Source: Podarcis gaigeae (taxonomy: Eukaryota). Taken from it: DNA of 64,000 nucleotides. Under the pieces are notes generated by a model. It did no database searches. It saw only the letters and a program-made list of their open reading frames with translations, and was not told where the DNA came from. Of the stretch, positions 52,501 through 61,500 are shown piece after piece. The stretch lies in NCBI GenBank assembly GCA_964106915.2, contig OZ066921.1; one strand, 5' to 3'. Made by a program: the position numbers and the translations under genes. How positions within the stretch are numbered: position 1 is the first letter of the stretch; each line of letters opens with the position of its first letter.

Positions 52501-55500
52501 CTTCATGCGACAGTTTTTGTGGGGGAATATTCATCTGTGCATAATTTTCCCCCTTAGTTTTTCTTTTCTCTGTTCTCTTGCACAGTGACTCCTCATGCAG
52601 CAATAGGAATTTCTTGCGTACTGAAAAAGACTTCCTTTATTGCGCCCCCCCCTGTGGCAAACATTGTTTAAAAAGCATCTACTGCTACTGCTGCTATATG
52701 TGAGCCCATTCACAAGAGCTCTCCTACCACATGGATCTTGAGGGGAGAGTCACCTTGTGGAGACACTTTTGCTTCAAGAATAGGCCAGAATTATGCGCCT
52801 GTCAGCTAAAATGCCAATATTTGTTAAGGTTTGGCATCTTTGACTGACCTTGGTTTGCCCTTTTGTTCCTATTCTGGTTTTAATTATTATTTCTCTGTTG
52901 TTGTTTCATTTTGAGGCTGAAATCCTAGCACAGCATGGGAAGCTGCAGGGCAGGCTCCAGGAGCTGCTGAGCTGGGCGTCTGACACCACAGAGTTACTCA
53001 ACCATCTAGAGTCCCACACTAAAACTGATGCCAGCAGCTTGAATTCCTGCCTCCAGAGCTACAAGGTAGTTGCCATAGCAATGTCACAGGCTAAGCCTGA
53101 CTGGGAGGGTGGCAACTTCCCACGGAGGGGGCTGGGAGTTCCTGGTTGTCCGCATGCTAACTAGGGGACCTATACTCTCTGCTGAGAGCACCCTTGGGAC
53201 CAGTCACTTTGGGCCTTCTGCCTTGGCTCACTTCATTTTAACCATGAATGCAATTATCCTATCAGCTACTCAATATTTGTAAAAAGGCATATGTTTAGAA
53301 AGTTAGTATTTAGTACTAGGAAGTTAGTATTTAGGCATATGTTTAGGAAGTTAGTATTTAGTATTTACAAACTCATTCTGGGACCTTTCCAGCTCTGGAA
53401 ACAACAGTTAGCCACATGAGAATGGCCCTGCTGTATTGGATCATTGGTCTGTCTGGTTGAGAGTGTTGCTCCCTTATGGAGCCAGATGCTTCAGGGTATT
53501 TCACAAACAGGGCTGTTATGGTGGTAGCCATTTCCTGCTAGTTGCTAGCCAGCATCCTGACCACCAAAGGTTGCCTTTATGGAAATTCTGGTGGATGAAT
53601 TAGGAGGGCCAGATTGAGGCTGGTAGGCCTCTTTTTTCTTCCCTCCACTTTTCTTTCATTGCCCTGAGTTGTCCTCCTTTCACTCCTGTTTTTTCCACCA
53701 TTCCACACCTTTTGGCAAGATTCAAGAACTCTGCTTAGTGGAGACTCCTTGCTTGTCTAGACAAAGCTCCACCCCCACACACACACACCATGCGGGGGGG
53801 GGGGGGTCTGCATCATGATCTAAAAATGGATCTGTGATGGCAATTAGCATCACCCATGCATTTTGCGCCAGTAGACATCACAACCGTTTGTGCAACGCTG
53901 TGAGTGTTGTAAGTTATAACCATTTATGGCTATGAATTGTGTAGTTTTATGATCTGGCATTTGAAAAAAAACAAATATTTCCTCTTCTCTGCCTGGAGCT
54001 CTTGAGAGCTTTTTGTGGGTGTGTGGCATGCCTGAGTTTGAAACTGGCTCCTCCCAAGATAATATGACTGGGAAGCCAGACCTTAAGCTATATGACCTGC
54101 CAGCCAATTCCTTTCCACTTAGAACAGCCTTTGCCAAGCTGGTGCCCTCCAAATGTTTCAGACTACAGCTCCCATCAGCCCCAGCCAACGTTGGTTTGAC
54201 TTAGAATGTAACATTGCCAGGCATTTTTTGTTTTTCTGGGTGATGGGAAGCTCCCCAGGGAAGGGTGGGTGGGGTTTAGTTTCTTTGAGAAGGGTAGGGA
54301 AACCAGACTACACCCTGAAGTCTTAGGATGTAGTTGTAATGTATATTTTAAGATATAACAAATGTAAGGAGAGCATTTGAGAAGCAACCCAAGACTTCTG
54401 CATCAGGCTGCAATTCCACATTAGGTTCCCAGGGAGAAAGAGCTTGCACCCTGGGGTGTCTCTAAAGTTGTGTGGGAAAAATTGATTTCAGTTCTCATTT
54501 AAAGGCGAACCTACCAGCTATGCATGTCCTGAAACAATATGTGAACTGAAATTCACACTTCTCCGAATTTTGTGTTCCTTTCCAAGCAAATAATTAGTAC
54601 AGAAATGCATATACTAGGGGAATGCATACGTAAATGCATATATTAATGAAAATAACACATTAAAATGCTTTATATATGGGGGAAATGGCCTGCAAAAATA
54701 TGTTTATTGGGCAAAATTACATAACAAAAATGTGTGTAATTGAAGTGTATGCTAAAATGCTGTTTAATTTTCATTAGGACTTAAAAACCACACACAATAC
54801 GGTGCAAAAATGTGAATGGGAAAAATAAGAAACTGAGAGAAACTGAAATTGACAGACTGACCCATCCTTAGGTGCTTCACCTTCATCCACTCACAAATTC
54901 ATGGTGTGTGAGAGACAGAGGGGCAGAGAATGAATTCAGACTGGCTCTGAGCTATTTCTCTGCCCTTCTCCCTAGCTCTAAGTGTGTCAATTTCAGGCTA
55001 TCGGGGAAAGCTTCCTGCCCCGATAAAGGACCATTAAGCCTCTTTTGTTTTAAAGTCTCTGGTCACTTGGTCATTCAAGCAGGTGAAACTTGCAAAGGTA
55101 TCCTGCGGGTGACTGAAGTCTCAGAGTGCTACATTTTCTCCCTCTTCCCCTCTCTTGACATGGCCAGGAGCTGAAAAGGCCCCTTGCAGATACCAAAGCT
55201 CAGCTTGATGCAACAGCCCTTGACATTCAGTTCTTCATTTCTGAGCACGCTCAAGACTTGTCCCCGGAGCAAAGCAGGCAGCTGTTGAGGCTGCTGAACG
55301 AGCTACAGACATCCTTCCGGGAACTTTCAGAGAGGCTGGCCACCCGGGCAGAGGTCCTTCAGGTCTGTCTCCAGCAAGCGGAGCAGACAGATCAGGTGAC
55401 AGTGGTGGAGTGGCAACCTCTTTGCTGTGTCATATTTAACAAGGAGCAGGATGTGTGTCTTTTCCTCTTTAACCAAGCTGCCCCTTCCAACAGTTTCTGT

Positions 55501-58500
55501 ATGCATCCTTTTGCAATTAAGTTGTGGCATCATAGAGTGCGTCAGCTGCTGCTTCAAAGCAGAGAGATGCCTCATTTCTGTGTCTCTCTCCTTCCATCCT
55601 CCCTTTCACAGAGTGAGTCAGGACTCCAAATAGGTGACTGTTCTAAGGACAATGGGGGACACCAGTTAAGCTGGTTTCTGTCATAGTGGTGGGGCTGAAT
55701 CTCAATAAGGAAGGCTAAAGTAATGTCCTGGATGGAGCAAGAGGGGAGAAAGCGGAGCATTAAAAGCAACACATTTGTGACTCAAGTGTTAGCCCAGGGT
55801 ATGGGGGACTTGTTGCTATCTGTGGTTTTTAGCTGTAATAGATGTGCAGATGCACAGTATGAGTGCAACAGGCACAGTGGTCCAATTTTGTGCATGAACA
55901 AGCAGCCTGCTAGTTTATGCTGCAGAGTCTACTGCGCTCCTCACTTTGTTGAGTCAGGAGCAACAACCATGAGCCCTGCTTTAATGTGTTGTGCAAAATG
56001 CTGCTTGTGGCTTATTTATCTCCAAACAAGTCACACTTAGTAAGCCAAGAGACTGAGTACCAAGCTTTGTTAGTAGAGGAACAAACCAGGAGTGCTGGTT
56101 TGTATGTTATGGTTTGTGGCACGTAGGTGGAACCTTTGGCCTGCAAATCTGTTTTCCTCCAGCCATGCCCACTTTTATCTCACCTCCATCATCTGATTTC
56201 AGGTGTGTCAAGAAAATCTGTGGGTACAAAGGGAGAACCTTTGCAAGCAGTGCTTGCTTTTGGTAACTGTTTAAATTTTGAGTGGTTCCAACCTGCTGGT
56301 CAAAGGGGATCACCGTTACCTATCCTTGGTTTAGGACTTGACACAATGCATGAACATGGTGGAAATAGTGCAGAATACACAGTTGCATGCAAGGCCCATT
56401 CAGGGCTGCAGTTTAATCAAAACCACCTCCCCCCCCCACCCGTTGCTCCTCTGAGTTTTCTCAGACTGGAGAAAGTCTTTTGGGAAAAGTCAGTACAGTC
56501 TCTGCAAACATAGTTACCATTCCAGCCCCTGTTCTGTCTTATATTTAAGGAATGGGGTTTTGATATGCACACTGGTGTTTTAAAGGTGCCGGGTGCACTT
56601 GCCCTCTGTGTACTTTTACCAGCAGATATAAACACATTCTTGGTTACCCTCAAGCTTTCCTCACTTTAGCAGCCTAATTTTGGTGTTGTTGTTAAATAAT
56701 TGGGAACAGAAATCCTTGCCAATCCATTGCAGATCATCCAAAGATCTACCCAGCAGGTCCAGTCTACCATTGCTTACCCCTGCCCTTTTTTTAGAAGACT
56801 ATCCTTAGGAAGCATAAATATAATTTGGAAGGATTGTGAGCTCAGCTCAGTTCTGGTGTTTAGAACCCACATCAGAGACACTTGCAGGCTCCAGTTGGTG
56901 GATCTTTGGGTTCTAGCGAAGCACAAAATAGATTCAGCAAGCTTGAATTCTGCCCTCCACTGATCTAGAGAATGTAGAGTGAATATTATAAGAACAGGAA
57001 GAATATCTGCTACTAAGCCCCTTCTGTGCTTCTGAGTTCAGCAATGCATCCACTTTGGCCCTTAAGAAGTACACACAAGGATGCTCAATAAAGGTGTGCT
57101 TTTGCAGCCCCCATAACTGCATGCCCCTGCCTCTCTTTTTCCTTCAGACACTGCTAATACGAGCAAGGTTTTGTTTAACAATTGTCCCCTTGTAATGTGT
57201 GCCTATTCTGCCTCTCTTCTTTTTGTGTATGTGTGTTTGTGTGTATTAACCGTTTTGCTTTGCCTTTTCAGATTCAGTGTGCTCCCATCCCTAATGCGAG
57301 AAGATCTTGTTATGCTGCTGAAGAGTGCTTTTTTAGCAGTGCTCTTTCCCCCTCTCCTCCTCCTCAAACTGCTTCTGTTATTTGGCTTAAGGAATGTCTG
57401 AAAATGAACAAAAAAAGCCCTGTTTTTCATTTGGCAGAAGTTTGTATGTTTTGATCGTAAAGCACCAAGGGAAAGACAAATTGCACACTGGTTGAAAGAA
57501 GGATGGCTCAGGGTCACACATCATGCTCAATGACGCCCTATTTGCAGGACTCCCAAGAGGATAATCTGGGACTTGGTTTGGTGCAGTGTCCAAAATTCAC
57601 TCACACTCACTCTGTCTCTCTTTATCTCTCCCACTGTTCCCAGAAATAACATTTTTTTGGTTTATAGCAGTTGTGCAAGGTCATTTAGCACAGCTTGTTA
57701 TTCCCCAGGTATCTTTTGTTCTTGAGACTGGGATGCAAAAACAGGGCTTCAAGCAAAAGTTGGGTTAATTGCTTTCTAGCCCTGACAGCATAAGCCAGAA
57801 TAACTGCCTCCATGGAAATGATTTATGTTTGGGTTCAGTGAATGTGTTTCCCCCCACCCCTCAGTGGGAGAAAGAGGCATGAAAAGTGTTACATTGGAAT
57901 GCAAAAAAAAAAAAAGATTTTGCAGGAAAGGTTGGTTTTCAAGAAGACCAGATTCTTCCTTCCTCCAATTTTCCTGCAAGAGCCACACAGATTTTGCCAT
58001 CCATTTTCCCTCTGATAAGTCATCTTTCAAGGAAAAAGCCATCATGTCAACATCAGTCCTTGATAAGTGGGCTGCTATATGGGAATAAGAGTGGGAATTA
58101 AAGGCAGAAGAAAGAACCTAGATGGCAAATGGCGCCATTTTAAACCATATACGCTTTGATGTGCCAGACAATGGACCTAAATGACCGTCTAGAGCAAAAG
58201 TAAAGGGTGAAGCAAGAGAGTGTGTGAGAGAGAGACCATGCCTCTTGCGAGCCATTGACTGCATCTGCTTAAGTGCTTTCTGTTTTGCAACTTGTTTGGC
58301 TTGCATTTGTGGTTTTAACAGTTGAAATGACAGGCATTAACAGGTGCTTTGTTTTTGTTAAACAATCCAAAATCTAAACAGACACTTCAAGAACAGCAGG
58401 CAATACGCAGCCAGAAACTGGAGGAGTTGTGCACCTGGATGAACCAGGCTGAGCACAGACTGGTGGATCCACAGGGAGCAGCGAGGGAAGGGGACCTCTC

Positions 58501-61500
58501 TGTACTCCAACAGAGCCAGAGTGACGTTAAGGTGAGAACACAATTACAGGAGGCTGGATCCACTGCACTGTGTTTCCCTTGATGGAGCTGGTAGACCAGG
58601 TGGCAAAACACATCTTATGACCAGGCTGAGTGTTTCTTCTTTCCACACTCCACCATCTGCACTCATGTTTTTTCTGTCTTTGTTACAATGCAAGGCGTGT
58701 GGCTTCTTTATTTGCTTTGTTTCATTTGTAACACACCCCTCAAGGCGGTAATCCCAGGGCAGAGTAGGTGCACCATATATAAAAGCAAACTAACAATTCA
58801 GCAGTTCTAATAAAATCAACAGGACAGCATGAAATCTAATCAGCCTAATCTCTGCTCAGAAATCAGTGGCCTCTTGCCTCAAGAACTCAGCATCATTACA
58901 AGTCTGTGAATACCAGTTTACAGTTGTGCCAGAGATGGTCACTCTCTTTGCTGCTCTTTTGATTTCTGCCATTAGGACTTGCAGAGAAGCCTGCACAGCC
59001 GAGCAGCCTCTTTTGCCGGTGTCTTGAAAGCGACAGAGGAGTTCCTGGAAGAGAACCGGACCAAGCTGGACCCCAAGGAACTGGCATCCCTGCAGGAAAG
59101 GCTCTGCCAGGCCAAGGAGCAGTACCAGTCCCTGCAAGAGAGGACGGAGGCGGCGCAGAAGGAGCTTGAGAGTGCTGTGAGCACTGTGGTGCAACAGCAA
59201 ACAGAAAAGGTACAGCACCACACAACCTGGAGCTGCTGTGGAAGATCCCTTCTTCGCATAAGGAGGGAGTTGGGTAAACTTATCAGAGGCTGTGTGTTGT
59301 CCAGTGCTCTGAGAATTTTAGTGGGATGCTTCTGAGGCATGCAAAAAAATTTGCATTACATTATTGACATCAAAATTCTAGCCCATATTTACCCATTCTG
59401 TGCTTTGTACTCTATCAGCTTCCTATGCACTCTGCTCTGTTTCCAGATTAGAGCTGTCAAAGACTTTGAAGAAAATAAGAGTAAGATTGAATCTCTTCTG
59501 CACTGGGTGGCATCACTAGAGCAGCCCAAGGAGCTCACAGAAGCTGAACACCACCGAGTGGGTCTAGTGACTGGAAGAGTCCAAGATAACCCTGATGGTG
59601 GATTCAAGGAGGCGGACAGAGTTGAAGAAGATCTCACTTTGCACTATGAGAGCTTGAAGGTTGGTGGGGTCTGCTGGATGGAGGGTTGAGTTAAAGATCA
59701 GCTAAGCTAAGAACACATTTGCTCAAAGTCAGGAGTGGGGAACCTTTTTCATCCCCAAGGACCCCATTCCTTTGTGGGGAGTTCTGTCTTCTGGCAGAAG
59801 TTGGTAAAATCAGGATAGTCAGAAAGAACAGCTGAGGGAGGGAGGCCTGCCCCTGCTGTCCCCCAACATTTGCCACCTATGGCAGTTGCCTCATGCTGCC
59901 TAACAGTAGGGCTAGCCCTATGGGCTCGATATTGCAGAACTGTATGAAGGCTTTGCATTTTTGAAGGTGGCTGCAGTTTCCCTCCCTAGCCTTGTACAGG
60001 GCCCAGGTTCTAATTTCATGGAGTGGACTTGGATGTACTACAGCCTGGTTGTTTGCTGCTGTTGTTCCAGGTCCGCCATCAAGAGCTTCTCTCTCAGCAA
60101 CAAGAAGTCATTCTAGCTACGCAGTCAGCCCAGGCCTTCCTGGACAAGCAAGGCCACAATCTCTCCCTGGAGGAGAAGCAGAGGCTGCAGGGGAAGCTGG
60201 AGGAGCTGAAGGGACAGTATGCCACCACCTTGTCTCAGTCTGAGGTGCAGCTCAAGCAATCACAGGCGCTCCGGGATGAGCTGCAGAAATTCCTCCGGGA
60301 CCATGTGGAGTTTGAGGCTTGGCTGGAGCAGGCCGAGCAAGAGCTGGAGAGGATGCATGCAGGAGATGGCAGCCTCGAGTCCCTTCAGCCCCTGCTCCAA
60401 CGGCAGAGCAGCTTTGCGGAAGATGTAATCTCACACAAGGGGGATTTGCGCTTTGTGACAATGTCCGGGCAGAAAGTGCTGGATGCAGAGAAGGTGGCGG
60501 CAGAAGCTGGGACTGCTGGGGGGCCTCCAAGGCCTGAGGTTTTAGCTACTGGGGTGCTGGTGAAGAACAAGTTGGACGATGCCACCAAACGATACAGTTC
60601 TCTTCATTCCAAGGTACAAGAACAGTGATAAAAAGAAGGCGTAGACCTCTGGATCTAGAACAAGAAGGCCATAGGACAGTGGTTCCCAAAAGTTTGGGGC
60701 CAACCCTCCCCCCCCCGGTTCCATAAACTCATCTCCAGTTCCCCCTACCCCACCTTTTTTAATACAAAAAACAAAAAATACACATTATTCAGAAGAGCAG
60801 TTGGCACAACCCACTAAGGAAGATAAGAACACAATAAAATTCTGAGAAGAATTTTGCATGAAAAATAAAATAGCAGTAAAATTTTAAATACAAAGCATGG
60901 AAAGTGGGAACTTTGGGAACCACTGTGATATGACTTCATTCCTGGAGCTTAATGTGGGCCTCCCATGTTGTTGATTTTTTATGATTTGTACATAGCCTTG
61001 GTATAGCATAGTGACAGAGTATTGGACTACGTTCTGGGAGCCCGGGGGTTCAAATCTCCATGTGGCTCACTGGGTGACCTTGGCCAGTCGCTGCCTCTTA
61101 GCTCAGCCTAACCCACAGTTAACACGATGATAAAATATAGGAGGGGGAGAACCATGTCTGCCACTTGAGCTCTTTGGAGAGAAGGTGGGATAGAAATATA
61201 ATTATAGGCTACTGATTGTTGGAAATTGGAAAGTGAGCTTTCTAATCCCTTATGATCTCTACAACTGACCATGGTTGCCATCTTGGCTATCCATCTGTGT
61301 AGGGTGGGGCAAAACCTGAACCTTGCTATTGCACCGTAGCCTTAGACTTACCGCAGAACCATCTGTGACCATTGTCTCCTTTTCTTGCAGTGTACTGCTC
61401 TTGGTTCCCATCTGAGTATGCTCCTAGATCGCTCTCAGCAGTTCCAGGACATAGCAGAATCTCTCCGGATGTGGCTACAAGAGAGCGAAGAGGCTATGGC

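Noticed and set aside
53285-53365. Imperfect tandem repeats (aagttagtatttag x3) as a structured array
   Set aside because: This is a short local slippage duplication with no regular spacers; no CRISPR-like or prokaryotic system is present.
57272-57454. Additional exon after ttttcag at 57271 ([11 protein letters not shown]...)
   Set aside because: The acceptor is plausible but there is no convincing donor before the stop. It cannot be excluded as a terminal exon but is unsupported.
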